DNA of 64,000 nucleotides. Origin: an uncultured virus (IMG/VR IMGVR_UViG_3300044948_000587). Lineage: Duplodnaviria > Heunggongvirae > Uroviricota > Caudoviricetes. The stretch is from IMG/VR virus record IMGVR_UViG_3300044948_000587; one strand, written 5' to 3'. Shown piece after piece: positions 48,871 through 58,979 of this stretch. The notes under the pieces were generated by a model, which ran no database searches, was not told the DNA's origin, and was given only the letters and a program-made list of their open reading frames with translations. How positions within the stretch are numbered: position 1 is the first letter of the stretch; every line of letters starts with the position of its first letter. The position numbers were made by a program, and so were the translations under genes.

Positions 48871-49848
48871 ATGTACGATTGGTATAAATGGAAATTAATT
48901 GATAAATTACAAAAAAATTCCAAAGCAATTATTGGAATTGGAGATAGCTTTACTCAAGGTCAGGGCGCATGTTCTATTGAGTTATGGAAAAAACATAATT
49001 GGGATTTAGGTGGTGTTGGAATTAAAGATGAAAGAGAGTTACTCACATCTTTTTATGAAAATTCTTGGGTTAATAAATTATGTACAAATCATTTTACTGA
49101 CCACATACCAATTAATTTAGGTATGGTTGGAAGGGGTAATAGAGGTGCGGTAAAAGAACTTTATTTACATCCAGAACTTAATTTAGAATCTATAGAAGAA
49201 AAGATAGTAATTTTCATGTTAACAGGTATTGAACGATTTGATTTTATACATAAAAATTTACATGAACATATTCATTTTTTAACAATTTGGCCAGACCCAA
49301 TGGCACAAGGAGACCACTCCAAATTATGGACAGAATATTACGAATCAATTTGGAGTGATAAATTTGGTATAATTGAAATGTTATTGAGTATAGCCGAAGC
49401 CAAAACATGGTGTAAAGCCCATAATGCTAAATTATATTTAATAAGCGCATTTAGACCTGAATATGAAAGACAACCATTTATAAGAGGAATTATGGGTGAT
49501 ATTGATGATGAATCAAATTATCTATATAAACAAACTGAATATATAAAAAGTTTAGTTGATATTATTGATTGGAAAAAATTTATTAGACCAAATGGATTTA
49601 AGTGTGTTAGTGATTTTCTTTGTTCATTAGAAAATAGAGATGATTTAATTGAAGAAATTGGGTCTGCAAAGTATTATGAATTTGCTGGAAAAATTAAAAA
49701 ATTTAGTCCTAAAGGATATGTTACAAATTGTGCGCATCCATCTCAAAAAGGACACGAAGCAATTGCAAAATCAATATATGAATCAATCATTGAAGATTTA
49801 AATAAAGAAGAAGAAATAATAACAAATAAAACAAAAAATTTAATATAA
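48871..49848 (+). CDS. SGNH/GDSL-like hydrolase or acyltransferase
   Basis: IGDSFTQGQG, NLG..GRGN, HPSQKGH. Confidence 0.7.
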   Translation: MYDWYKWKLIDKLQKNSKAIIGIGDSFTQGQGACSIELWKKHNWDLGGVGIKDERELLTSFYENSWVNKLCTNHFTDHIPINLGMVGRGNRGAVKELYLHPELNLESIEEKIVIFMLTGIERFDFIHKNLHEHIHFLTIWPDPMAQGDHSKLWTEYYESIWSDKFGIIEMLLSIAEAKTWCKAHNAKLYLISAFRPEYERQPFIRGIMGDIDDESNYLYKQTEYIKSLVDIIDWKKFIRPNGFKCVSDFLCSLENRDDLIEEIGSAKYYEFAGKIKKFSPKGYVTNCAHPSQKGHEAIAKSIYESIIEDLNKEEEIITNKTKNLI

Positions 49849-50286
49849 ATGGAACAAAGAAGATTTTTACCAACGTTATCGGAATTAATAGATAGATTAT
49901 CTATTGTGCAATTAAAAGAAGTTTTTATAACTGACCATAAAAAAGAATATGCACAAGAAATATCAGACATCACACATGACATTCAATTAATACTTGAAGA
50001 GAAAGATGTTGTTATTACTGGTGAAATGTTAAGAGCGGTTATTGTTTGTTCTCAGATGAATTTACATATTTGGCATAACGAATCTAATGTAAGAAGTGGT
50101 AAAGAAGGTCCAAGTAAATTGGCGTTAACTCATGGTCTTAATGGTATAAGAAATACCGCCAAAAACAAAATTCAAGAAGTAGTTGGCGGTAGAAAAGACT
50201 ATAAGATTGATTGTATAGCCGCAGATTTTAAAGATTGGGAAATTAGTTGGAATAATACAACTCAGGATACTCAACAACAAGGTTAA
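49849..50286 (+). CDS. Helical hypothetical protein (ELIDRLSI motif)
   Basis: LSELIDRLSIVQLK...NLHIWHNE...NGIRNTAKNKI. Confidence 0.6.
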   Translation: MEQRRFLPTLSELIDRLSIVQLKEVFITDHKKEYAQEISDITHDIQLILEEKDVVITGEMLRAVIVCSQMNLHIWHNESNVRSGKEGPSKLALTHGLNGIRNTAKNKIQEVVGGRKDYKIDCIAADFKDWEISWNNTTQDTQQQG

Positions 50287-50791
50287 TACCACCTTTTTCA
50301 TACGCATTCCTATAAACATCTTCGATTGTGTCCCACTTGGTTAAATCATAGATACCAATGTTGGGACACATTGATTTAAATTCGTTAATATAGTTTCCTC
50401 TATGTTGATGACCAGGGTCTAACGGTTTATCTGAACCTTTACCTAATCGTATAATCATATTTGGATTCCATTCTCCTTTACTCATCAACCCAATTTTATC
50501 AACGTGGTTGATTAATTGATTTGCAGCACAAATAATAAAATCCCACCTTGGATAAAATGTAATTACAAATTTACCGGCCATTGCCATACCTAACGACATT
50601 CCCATTTGAGATTCTTCCATAACCGGTAACTCAATCATTTTTTCTTTTGGTACATCACCTATAGTTGTACTCATAGGATTACCGTGCCAAAGGACTTGTT
50701 GACCAATAAAAACTGTATCTTCTTGTTGACCAAGGTATGTCATTGAATTAGTTAGTGCGTCCTTATATGGGGTGTATTCTGGTTGACTCAT
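50243..50791 (-). CDS. TPP-dependent dehydrogenase E1 beta / transketolase pyrimidine-binding domain (short)
   Basis: IELPVMEESQMGMSLGMAMAG, NQLINH, GHQH; no C-terminal domain. Confidence 0.8.
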   Translation of the reverse strand: MSQPEYTPYKDALTNSMTYLGQQEDTVFIGQQVLWHGNPMSTTIGDVPKEKMIELPVMEESQMGMSLGMAMAGKFVITFYPRWDFIICAANQLINHVDKIGLMSKGEWNPNMIIRLGKGSDKPLDPGHQHRGNYINEFKSMCPNIGIYDLTKWDTIEDVYRNAYEKGGINLVVEYPELYYSN

Positions 50792-51618
50792 TTTAAATCT
50801 TTTTCTATGTTTTCAATTATGTTTTTTGCAATTATTTCGTGACATTCTTTAGAAGGATGATGATCATCAGGTGGGGTCTTACCAAAATGTTCTGTATCAA
50901 ATTTTATTCTAAGATGTGAAAAATTATCTTGTAATTCTCTTATTGTTAAGTGTTCAATATCGTTATGTTTTAATTTAATAAATCTTTCATTTAAAAAATC
51001 GTCTTTTAATATGTCTGGAACTAAATTATCTTCCCACGCTAATATTCGGGTTTTAATACCCTTTCCTTCGTAAAACTTTAATTCTTTTTTTAATCTAGCA
51101 ATTTGTTTTTGTGTGTGATCAACAATCCAATCATCAAAGGTCATATTGTTTTTATCCATCCAATTAAAAAATTTCTCACTATTCCAACCAATATCTTTAC
51201 TGTGTGGCCAAACACTAGCATGTTCAATTACTCCCTGATCAATGAAATAAAATTTGTTTCTCCAAATTTGAGATAATTGAATTACAATGTAATCAAAATC
51301 ATCATAATCATATCTTTCAGTTGAAAGATGTTTATTAGCATCAATGTTATCTTTAAAGTTGAATATTGTTTGAAAAAAATCAAATGTTTCATCTTCACAA
51401 CCACCGTTCATCTTTTTAAACACTTCAAATGTTTTAAAATGGTTTGCAATTAATCTTGGGTATCTTAAAGTATCTCTATATTTTCTGTGTGCGTCATTAA
51501 CGCTTTTATCGTTATATGTATATTCATTTACTGGATAAACCAATCTATTTAATTCTGAATAAAAATATAATCCTTGACCCCATGTGAATGAACAACCCCC
51601 AAATAAAATTCCTTTCAT
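50788..51618 (-). CDS. SGNH/GDSL-like protein
   Basis: FGGCSFTWGQG, DHHPSKECH. Confidence 0.65.
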   Translation of the reverse strand: MKGILFGGCSFTWGQGLYFYSELNRLVYPVNEYTYNDKSVNDAHRKYRDTLRYPRLIANHFKTFEVFKKMNGGCEDETFDFFQTIFNFKDNIDANKHLSTERYDYDDFDYIVIQLSQIWRNKFYFIDQGVIEHASVWPHSKDIGWNSEKFFNWMDKNNMTFDDWIVDHTQKQIARLKKELKFYEGKGIKTRILAWEDNLVPDILKDDFLNERFIKLKHNDIEHLTIRELQDNFSHLRIKFDTEHFGKTPPDDHHPSKECHEIIAKNIIENIEKDLK

Positions 51619-51624
51619 GTTTTA

Positions 51625-52596
51625 TTAATTAAATTCTTCTTTATTTTCTATATACCAAATATACGCCAATTTAAGTCCAACCTCAAGGTTTGTTTTAGCT
51701 TCCCAACCCAAATTTTCTTTAATTTTATTAGAATCTATTCTACGTGTTGGTATCATAGATGGTTTACCTTGTATGTATTCTGTAGGCGCTTCATAATCAA
51801 CAATGTGTTTCATTTTTTCTAATACATCGTTTACCGAATAAACCTCGTTTGAACCTACATTATATACTTGAAACATTTCAGTTTCTTTTTCCATAACAAT
51901 TTGTAACGCTTCAACAAAATCTTCAATATAAAGTAAATCTCTTAATTCACTACCATCACCCCATACAGGAATTGGATTCATTTTATCTGCAACTTTACGA
52001 ATGGTTGCCGGAGTTACGTGACATTTGTTAAAATCATACTTATCGTGAGGACCAAATAAATTCGCAGGTCTAATAACCGTACATTTCATTTTTACAGGTA
52101 GATACTTACCATATAACTCACATTGAACTTCAGCATAACGTTTCATCCAACCAACAGGGAAGTAAACAGGGTAAGGTTCATTAAACAAGAAATCAGTCTC
52201 AACAACGGGTTCATCACCTTTAGGTGGATAAACTGTGTTAGATGATAAGAAAATGTAATGTTGAACTTTATTTCTCCAACTGGCATCAATTAAGAAGTTA
52301 TTCATTGCGACATTTGGGGTAACATGAGCTAACGGGTCTACCACAGTGTCAACCGCGTTTGAAGTTGAAGCGGCTGCGTGAAAAACAACATTAACACCTT
52401 CAGTTGCCTCTCGACATCCTTGATATGTTTGTAAATCATGTTGAGTATATTCTACATTATCGTATTTAGTTCTAACACCACGTTTGTGTAAATTAACTCT
52501 TAAATTTGTATATCCTTCCTTTATTAATCTTGCGGTTAAATTTTGACCTACTAATCCCGAACCACCAGTGATTAATATTTTAGAATTCTTATTCAT
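51625..52596 (-). CDS. GDP-L-fucose synthase-like NAD-dependent epimerase/reductase
   Basis: ITGGSGLVG, RPANLFGPHD, HVTPA.IRK, VWGDGSELRD. Confidence 0.82.
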   Translation of the reverse strand: MNKNSKILITGGSGLVGQNLTARLIKEGYTNLRVNLHKRGVRTKYDNVEYTQHDLQTYQGCREATEGVNVVFHAAASTSNAVDTVVDPLAHVTPNVAMNNFLIDASWRNKVQHYIFLSSNTVYPPKGDEPVVETDFLFNEPYPVYFPVGWMKRYAEVQCELYGKYLPVKMKCTVIRPANLFGPHDKYDFNKCHVTPATIRKVADKMNPIPVWGDGSELRDLLYIEDFVEALQIVMEKETEMFQVYNVGSNEVYSVNDVLEKMKHIVDYEAPTEYIQGKPSMIPTRRIDSNKIKENLGWEAKTNLEVGLKLAYIWYIENKEEFN

Positions 52597-52619
52597 TGTT
52601 TTATTTTTAATTATGTTAT

Positions 52620-54266
52620 TTAATTTGCAACCCGACTTTTGTCAAAAAAATCTTTTTTATATATGAAATCGATAAATGTGAATCGTCTGAAATTATTTTT
52701 AACAGCCTCAACTGCATGTTCAGGATTGTTTTCAGTAAAGTCTAATATACAGAAATTATCGTTTATTGGTAAAACCGTTGTTTGTATTTTATTTTCCTCT
52801 ATAATTAATTGACCACCACCATCATTATAATCTTTTTCGTAAGATAAGTAAATCAATATCACACTAATTCTACCTTCATTTTTTCCATCTCTATGTTTTT
52901 CAATAAAATCACCATTCTCATATAAAGTAAAATTGGAAACATGGGACATATTACCAATATATTCTGGATATAATTTACCCATTAAATTCTCAGAAATCTT
53001 CTCAAAATATTCTTTTAATCTATCCAATGTGTAACTTGGTCCTTGACTTTCCCACCAACGTTGTCCAATCTTACGATTATTTTCAATAATATATTGTTCT
53101 CTTAATGGTATTTCTTCTTCAGTAAGAAGTATTTTATAATTTTCCTGCGGGCTATAAATGTTATAATCTAAACGGTATTTGTAAATGTCCTTAGTTTCGG
53201 AAGACTTAAATAATAAATCAATCTTTTCAAAGAATTCATCTTTGTTTGTTGTTAATTCATTTGTGTTGCCAACATAATAACCAGATTTTAAAAAATCATT
53301 AATACTAACACTAATACCATCTACAGGTTCCAATTTACAATAATAAGAATAAACTTTATTTAGTCCATCTTTAAATGATGTTTTAGGAAATAATCCATAT
53401 AGATTTTGTTTGGTGACATCCATTTGTCTTCTTAAATCACCGTTTGGTTTGCTTGGGTCCCAAATAATTTTAATTGTTTTATTACTAGAAAGAATTAAAC
53501 TTTCCACCATAGATTTAATAGTAATTTCTTCACCCGAACCAAAATTTACAATATCATTTATTTGTTTATCGTACATTTGATAAATTGCATCTGCAACATC
53601 TTCTCCATAAACAAAATCCCTAATCGGACTTCCATCACCCCAACATTCTATTGTATCGTCCGAGTGATAAACTTTTTTAACCGTACTAGATATTACGGTA
53701 CCTCCGCCAGTAAAATCATCATATTCACCGTATATGTTTGCTGGTCTAATTATTGACCATTTTTTATATCCATATTGAACTTTATATGCTTCTAATAATA
53801 GTTCACCCATCCTTTTAGACCATGATGGAAACCAATCATGTTCAGATGGTAATGTTTTCCACACATCATCCTCAACAAATTTCTCAGAAGGAGCGTAGAC
53901 ACCAACAGAACTCATAAAAACTAACCAAATATCCATTTTTGAACATTGATTAATTAATTCAGTATTGATTTTAAATGAAGGATAAAGAAAATCTACCGGA
54001 GATTCTTTGGCCCTTATTGGTGACCCCTTAACACCAAACGCGTTTACAACAACATCTGGTTTATGTCTGTTTAATACATCTCTAATATTATTATCTACAG
54101 TTAAATCTAAACATTCATATTTAAATTTATCTTCATGTTCGTAAAATATTTTAATTTGTATTGGTTTAATGTCAACGCCAACAACAATAAAATCTTCTTT
54201 TAAAAATTTCTTTATTAAATAAGTTCCCACTAAACCAGAACATCCGGTTATTAATACTGTTTTCAT
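52620..54266 (-). CDS. GDP-fucose synthase-like SDR fused to a C-terminal 2OG-Fe(II) oxygenase
   Basis: ITGCSGLVG, RPANIYG, WGDGSPIRDF, DPSKPNG; then YENGDFIEKHRD, LIYLS, GGQL, HAVEAV, RFT. Confidence 0.82.
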   Translation of the reverse strand: MKTVLITGCSGLVGTYLIKKFLKEDFIVVGVDIKPIQIKIFYEHEDKFKYECLDLTVDNNIRDVLNRHKPDVVVNAFGVKGSPIRAKESPVDFLYPSFKINTELINQCSKMDIWLVFMSSVGVYAPSEKFVEDDVWKTLPSEHDWFPSWSKRMGELLLEAYKVQYGYKKWSIIRPANIYGEYDDFTGGGTVISSTVKKVYHSDDTIECWGDGSPIRDFVYGEDVADAIYQMYDKQINDIVNFGSGEEITIKSMVESLILSSNKTIKIIWDPSKPNGDLRRQMDVTKQNLYGLFPKTSFKDGLNKVYSYYCKLEPVDGISVSINDFLKSGYYVGNTNELTTNKDEFFEKIDLLFKSSETKDIYKYRLDYNIYSPQENYKILLTEEEIPLREQYIIENNRKIGQRWWESQGPSYTLDRLKEYFEKISENLMGKLYPEYIGNMSHVSNFTLYENGDFIEKHRDGKNEGRISVILIYLSYEKDYNDGGGQLIIEENKIQTTVLPINDNFCILDFTENNPEHAVEAVKNNFRRFTFIDFIYKKDFFDKSRVAN

Positions 54267-55525
54267 TTTATTTCTTTATTTACTAGGTAGTCAAAAAAGT
54301 AATTAACATCTTTAGTTGATCTAAAAATGTTTAATACCGCCTGTTTATTTTTTTCAAATCGTTCAATGTTATTGTTATAAAATTCAATAACTTTATCTTT
54401 ATTATCGTTTAATCGTTTAATTTCATCTAAGACCATAAAAAATCTTTTTCTAATATCAGGCTCTCTATCGTAACTATGATCTATAAAATCATCAAAAACA
54501 TCAAACCCATGTAACTCTCTCAGATACCTTACGTGTCTTTGTGATGATAAAAAAATTGGTAATTGATAAAAATAAAATGGTTTTAATGATTTTTCGGTAA
54601 TGTGTACCGCATCATAATGATAATTAGATTCAGTTACTATATTAACATACGTATTTTCAAATGTTTTAGTTTCATAAATTTTTTCCCAATTAAATGACCC
54701 TAAAACCTCCTCAGCTTCAAACCACCCCGACTCCTCTTCATATTTACTTCGTTTAATATCAATAGAATCAAAATAATCAATTTCGGGTTTTAATTCTATA
54801 ATATCTTCATCATGTAAAATTCCGTTATAAAAATAGGTTAATGTTTTTTGTCTCTTAGCCCACCCCATAATAAGTGACCAATCCACATTTTCTAATATCC
54901 CAAGTTTCATTAACATTACCAATAAAGTATATCTATGTGTTTTGGGTGACCTATTGTGACACATAAAAAACCCTTCCTTATCTTTTACATATTTTGAATT
55001 TTGAAATGACAAATGTCGAGCAATAAATTTTAATAAAAATCCTGATGAATAAACATTAAGTTTTGTTCCAGTTTTAAATTTTAATATTTCCATTTCGGCA
55101 TTATTGTTAATAACAAATATCCGACTTAAATCAAAACCTTTTTTGGTAAAATAAGAATCAATATATAATAAATAATCTTCAGTTTCATATTCATGTTCGT
55201 TTAAAAATATGATATTGAAATTATTACATGATAAAAAACATTCCCCAACAATTTCAGGTAAAGGAATTGTTTTATATTCTTTAAATGTATTATGGACATT
55301 ACCAATCCCGTTTATAAAATAAAAATAATTCTCATCAGGGTTTTTGTAAACGTCTTCAATCTTACATTTATTCATTCGATGATATATTTTATGACTTGAA
55401 TCGTCATAAAATCTAAAAAACCCATCTAAAATCCTAAACCTATTTGGTTGTGTTGTGTTAAGTAAATTAGGTTGTGTTTCACCATCCACCCAATTATCGT
55501 AAACTACATTTAAAATATCACCCAT
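54263..55525 (-). CDS. Putative glycosyltransferase-like protein (TEK family, paralog 2 of 4)
   Basis: HNRSPKTHR, NIVTES, HITEKSLKPF, FDDFIDHSYD; ATG at 55525. Confidence 0.5.
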   Translation of the reverse strand: MGDILNVVYDNWVDGETQPNLLNTTQPNRFRILDGFFRFYDDSSHKIYHRMNKCKIEDVYKNPDENYFYFINGIGNVHNTFKEYKTIPLPEIVGECFLSCNNFNIIFLNEHEYETEDYLLYIDSYFTKKGFDLSRIFVINNNAEMEILKFKTGTKLNVYSSGFLLKFIARHLSFQNSKYVKDKEGFFMCHNRSPKTHRYTLLVMLMKLGILENVDWSLIMGWAKRQKTLTYFYNGILHDEDIIELKPEIDYFDSIDIKRSKYEEESGWFEAEEVLGSFNWEKIYETKTFENTYVNIVTESNYHYDAVHITEKSLKPFYFYQLPIFLSSQRHVRYLRELHGFDVFDDFIDHSYDREPDIRKRFFMVLDEIKRLNDNKDKVIEFYNNNIERFEKNKQAVLNIFRSTKDVNYFFDYLVNKEIK

Positions 55526-56142
55526 TTTCCTGTTCCGTAGTGCGGCCACTCTTTTTTATAATCGTACCAAATAACATCATTAGGTGCTTCAGTTTTTATT
55601 TTCCAAGTTTCTATTGTTGGAGTATTGGTTGAAACTCCATTATCCTCTACCACAAATTTTATTGGTAAATCAAAATTCTTGGCATATTTGTAATTTTCCA
55701 TAAATCCACCAGTTTCGTATGCCATATCACCAATAAAACACCATACCATTTCATCATTACCTTCCATTTTATTTTTCATAGCAACACCAACTGCAATTGG
55801 TATGATGGCACCAACAATAGCGGACGCATAAAACTTCTCTTCTTTATTTACTAACGTAATAGACCTACCTTCTAATATTTCGTTTTCAATCCATAGAGGG
55901 TCTATACCTTTTAGTAATGCGTGATAATGTGATCTCCAAGTAGAGAAAACCCAATCAGATTTTTTTATTCGTCTAAAGATTTCAATTAATTCTTTTTCAT
56001 TACCACCACTCAAATGAATCGGTCCTCTTACTCTACCCGATTCCCAATGGTCTGCCATCTTTCTTTCAAATTGAATTAATCCTGCACTATCCCATAATGA
56101 TTCTCTCACTATTGGTAAATGGTCATTTAAATTTTTTATCAT
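55510..56142 (-). CDS. TPP-dependent dehydrogenase E1 alpha-like subunit (short)
   Basis: HLSGGNE, STWRSHYHAL, GDMA...EDN TPP-binding motif. Confidence 0.85.
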   Translation of the reverse strand: MIKNLNDHLPIVRESLWDSAGLIQFERKMADHWESGRVRGPIHLSGGNEKELIEIFRRIKKSDWVFSTWRSHYHALLKGIDPLWIENEILEGRSITLVNKEEKFYASAIVGAIIPIAVGVAMKNKMEGNDEMVWCFIGDMAYETGGFMENYKYAKNFDLPIKFVVEDNGVSTNTPTIETWKIKTEAPNDVIWYDYKKEWPHYGTGKWVIF

Positions 56143-56684
56143 CTATCTCTTTTTTGTAATATTGGATTATTTGTTGGCCATTCCATTTGATATTCGGGGT
56201 CATTCCATTTAACAACTCCTTGTTCGTCAGCATCGACATAACCATCTTTATAAAATAGGTTATAGTGAAACATACAATCGGTTAATGCGTAATGTCCATT
56301 TGCAAACCCTGGTGGAACCAACACTTGATTTCTTTCTTTTTCAGTTATCATGAAAGATTCCCAATCCCCAAATGTTGATGAATATTTCCTCATATCTAAT
56401 ACTATTAAATATATATCACCAACTGCGGCTTGTACTAACTTCCAAGTTTTAGTATCATAGTGTAAACCTCTTAATACCCCTTTATACGATTTTGAAAATC
56501 TACCGTGAATACTAATTTCACTTTTTTCATAATGTATATGCCTCATTACAGGATGTTCTTCTGAATGAAAGGTTGTGAATATTTCACCTCTATATTCTCT
56601 ATAAATTGAAGGTGTAAACGTTGGAACTTGATATCCAAATACTTTTGATGGAGTTTCTATAAACTCATCCCATTTATTGCTCAT
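56139..56684 (-). CDS. rmlC: dTDP-4-dehydrorhamnose 3,5-epimerase family
   Basis: SYKGVLRGLH, KLV...G.I..V.LDMR..S.TFG, VPPGFANGH, WNDP. Confidence 0.88.
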   Translation of the reverse strand: MSNKWDEFIETPSKVFGYQVPTFTPSIYREYRGEIFTTFHSEEHPVMRHIHYEKSEISIHGRFSKSYKGVLRGLHYDTKTWKLVQAAVGDIYLIVLDMRKYSSTFGDWESFMITEKERNQVLVPPGFANGHYALTDCMFHYNLFYKDGYVDADEQGVVKWNDPEYQMEWPTNNPILQKRDR

Positions 56685-56685
56685 A

Positions 56686-57657
56686 TTATGTGTTGTTTGC
56701 GTATCCTAAAGGAAAACCATTTCTAAATTCTGCACCCATTTTAGGTACAATCATTTGGTATGCCATTATTAATTCATTAATTCCCATATCAATATCCCAC
56801 TTAGGAGACCAACCAGTCAATTCAACTTTAGTGTTTGATACAATGTAATCTCTTTTATCGGGGTCTTCGTAATAGTCATTATATGACACTGCAAAGTTTT
56901 TAACATGAGATTGAATTTTCTCAAGTAATTCCTGTTTTGATAAATTAGCGTTACTTAATCCAACATTGAAAACTTCACCCTTATATTTGTCATAATTTTC
57001 TAACATAAACAAAAACACATTTGCCACATCTTGAATATGTATGAAATTTCTTTTAAAACTCTTTTCAAAAACAACAATGTATTTGTCAGTGATTGCCTTA
57101 TAAGTAAAATCATTAACTAATAAGTCGGTTCTCATTCTTGGAGACACACCAAAAACAGTTGCCAATCTAAAAACAATAGCGTCAGTTGAAGTCCTTAAAA
57201 AATTCTCAGCTTCACATTTTGTTTGACCATAAACTGAAATTGGTGTAAGTGGAGATTCCTCGGTACATTCTAATTGACCAGTACTTAAACCATAACCACT
57301 ATTTGTATTTGGATATAAAATCTTTTTACCCTTTCCATTTGTGAATTTAACAATATTAACTATTTGTTGTAAGTTAATTTCTTTTGCTAATTTAGGGTCT
57401 TGTGCACAAGCAGGAAACCCAACTATTGCGGCTAAAGGTATGATTACATCAACCTCATTACATAACCTTTCCAATTCCGTTTCATTACGAACATCACCAT
57501 AGATAAATTTAAAATTTGGATTTGATGTGTATTGTAATAGTGAGGTTTGATTAAATAATAATTTATCCAAGACTATTACGTTGTGACCGTAATCTAACAT
57601 TTTACCAGTAATAACAGAACCGAGATAACCGGCACCACCTGTGATTAGTATTTTCAT
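56686..57657 (-). CDS. NAD-dependent sugar epimerase/dehydratase
   Basis: ITGGAGYLGS, LAAIVGFPAC, YGQTK, RLATVFGVSPRMRTDL. Confidence 0.88.
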   Translation of the reverse strand: MKILITGGAGYLGSVITGKMLDYGHNVIVLDKLLFNQTSLLQYTSNPNFKFIYGDVRNETELERLCNEVDVIIPLAAIVGFPACAQDPKLAKEINLQQIVNIVKFTNGKGKKILYPNTNSGYGLSTGQLECTEESPLTPISVYGQTKCEAENFLRTSTDAIVFRLATVFGVSPRMRTDLLVNDFTYKAITDKYIVVFEKSFKRNFIHIQDVANVFLFMLENYDKYKGEVFNVGLSNANLSKQELLEKIQSHVKNFAVSYNDYYEDPDKRDYIVSNTKVELTGWSPKWDIDMGINELIMAYQMIVPKMGAEFRNGFPLGYANNT

Positions 57658-57661
57658 AATT

Positions 57662-57723
57662 AAAATATACGAAAAATATTATTAATTTCAAATTGTTATT
57701 TCAATTATTTTTAACTATATTAT
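57662..57723. promoter_or_regulatory. Back-to-back Bacteroidota-type promoters
   Basis: Minus strand TTTG (57689-57692)-N19-TATATTTT (57662-57669). Plus strand ATTG (57692-57695)-N20-TATATTAT (57716-57723). Confidence 0.55.
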
Positions 57724-57732
57724 CACATAGAT

Positions 57733-58977
57733 ATGGATAAAATTATATGCAGTTTAGAAGAGTGGGATAGTGTTATTGACTATCATAGACCTAATGGTGC
57801 ATCTAAATCTTGGTATTTAAAAGAATTAGGGGAATTAACAAGACCCCTAATGTGGGGTAATTGGGACTTATTTAATGAAAACGGTGAATTTTTTACGCCA
57901 GATTTTTTTAAAGGTAAAATAGCACCGAACATATATAATAAAAAAATAGAATACCAAACAATAGATAACATAGAGAACGACAAACACATATATGTTATTA
58001 ATATTTATAATGTTTCATTTTTTTATGAAAATTTAGATATTGGATTTAGTTGCATATCTGAAAAATATCTTGATGATGTTAGAAATGGAAAATCCAAGAT
58101 AGTTTTAATGTTGTTGTATGAAGGAACGTCAGGTTCTAAAGATAACTATGACTTGGAAATTATAAATAAGTGGAGAAAGGATTCTAACTTACCAACAAAT
58201 TCAATTTATTTTTGTTGTGGTAATTTATTGTGTAATCAAATCACTATAGAGAAAGGATTAGGGATTACGTCGATACCAATGTTGGATTTTGAAACATGGA
58301 ACACATATCAAGGTGATATTGTTGACTATACACCTGTAAATCAAAAAAACTTATTTTTAAATTATAATAGAAACCCTAGACCTCATAGGGTTGAATTTTT
58401 AAGTAATCTTTTAAATGTAGATATTTTTAATAGGGGTTTAATTAGTATAGGAAAGGTTATTGATGGTAACAATGAATTTTTAATCAACAACACCCCTATT
58501 ACTATTGATGATACCTATGATTTAAAATTCAATATGGCATGTAGTATAACTAAAAGTGATTATGAAAAAACATTCATATCGGTCGTATCTGAAACATTAG
58601 TTGATGAAGGTACTTTGTTTATAACTGAGAAAACTTGGAAGCCGATAATGGTTGGTCATCCATTTATGATTTTGGGTAATCAAGGTACATTAAAGTATTT
58701 AAAATCAATAGGTTATAAAACTTTTAGTCCTTGGATTAATGAAGAATATGATGATATTTCAGATTCTGCAACAAGGTTAATTAAAATTGTTGAGGAATTG
58801 GAAAAATTAAGTAAAAAGAGTGTTGAGGAATTATTAGAAATTAGGAAAGAAATGGGAGATATATGTAAACATAATCAGGAAAATTTTAATAACCGATTTA
58901 AAATGAAGTATGGTGAGAATAATATAAACGGAGATATATCAAACATGTTTGATATTATATGGAATGAAATTAGTTAA
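57733..58977 (+). CDS. Putative glycosyltransferase-like protein (TEK family, paralog 3 of 4)
   Basis: NYNRNPRPHR, VVSET, FITEKTWKPI..HPF. Confidence 0.5.
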   Translation: MDKIICSLEEWDSVIDYHRPNGASKSWYLKELGELTRPLMWGNWDLFNENGEFFTPDFFKGKIAPNIYNKKIEYQTIDNIENDKHIYVINIYNVSFFYENLDIGFSCISEKYLDDVRNGKSKIVLMLLYEGTSGSKDNYDLEIINKWRKDSNLPTNSIYFCCGNLLCNQITIEKGLGITSIPMLDFETWNTYQGDIVDYTPVNQKNLFLNYNRNPRPHRVEFLSNLLNVDIFNRGLISIGKVIDGNNEFLINNTPITIDDTYDLKFNMACSITKSDYEKTFISVVSETLVDEGTLFITEKTWKPIMVGHPFMILGNQGTLKYLKSIGYKTFSPWINEEYDDISDSATRLIKIVEELEKLSKKSVEELLEIRKEMGDICKHNQENFNNRFKMKYGENNINGDISNMFDIIWNEIS

Positions 58978-58979
58978 CT

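Noticed and set aside
50243..56142. Pyruvate dehydrogenase as an auxiliary metabolic gene
   Set aside because: Both subunits are truncated, E2/E3 are absent and the context is nucleotide-sugar synthesis
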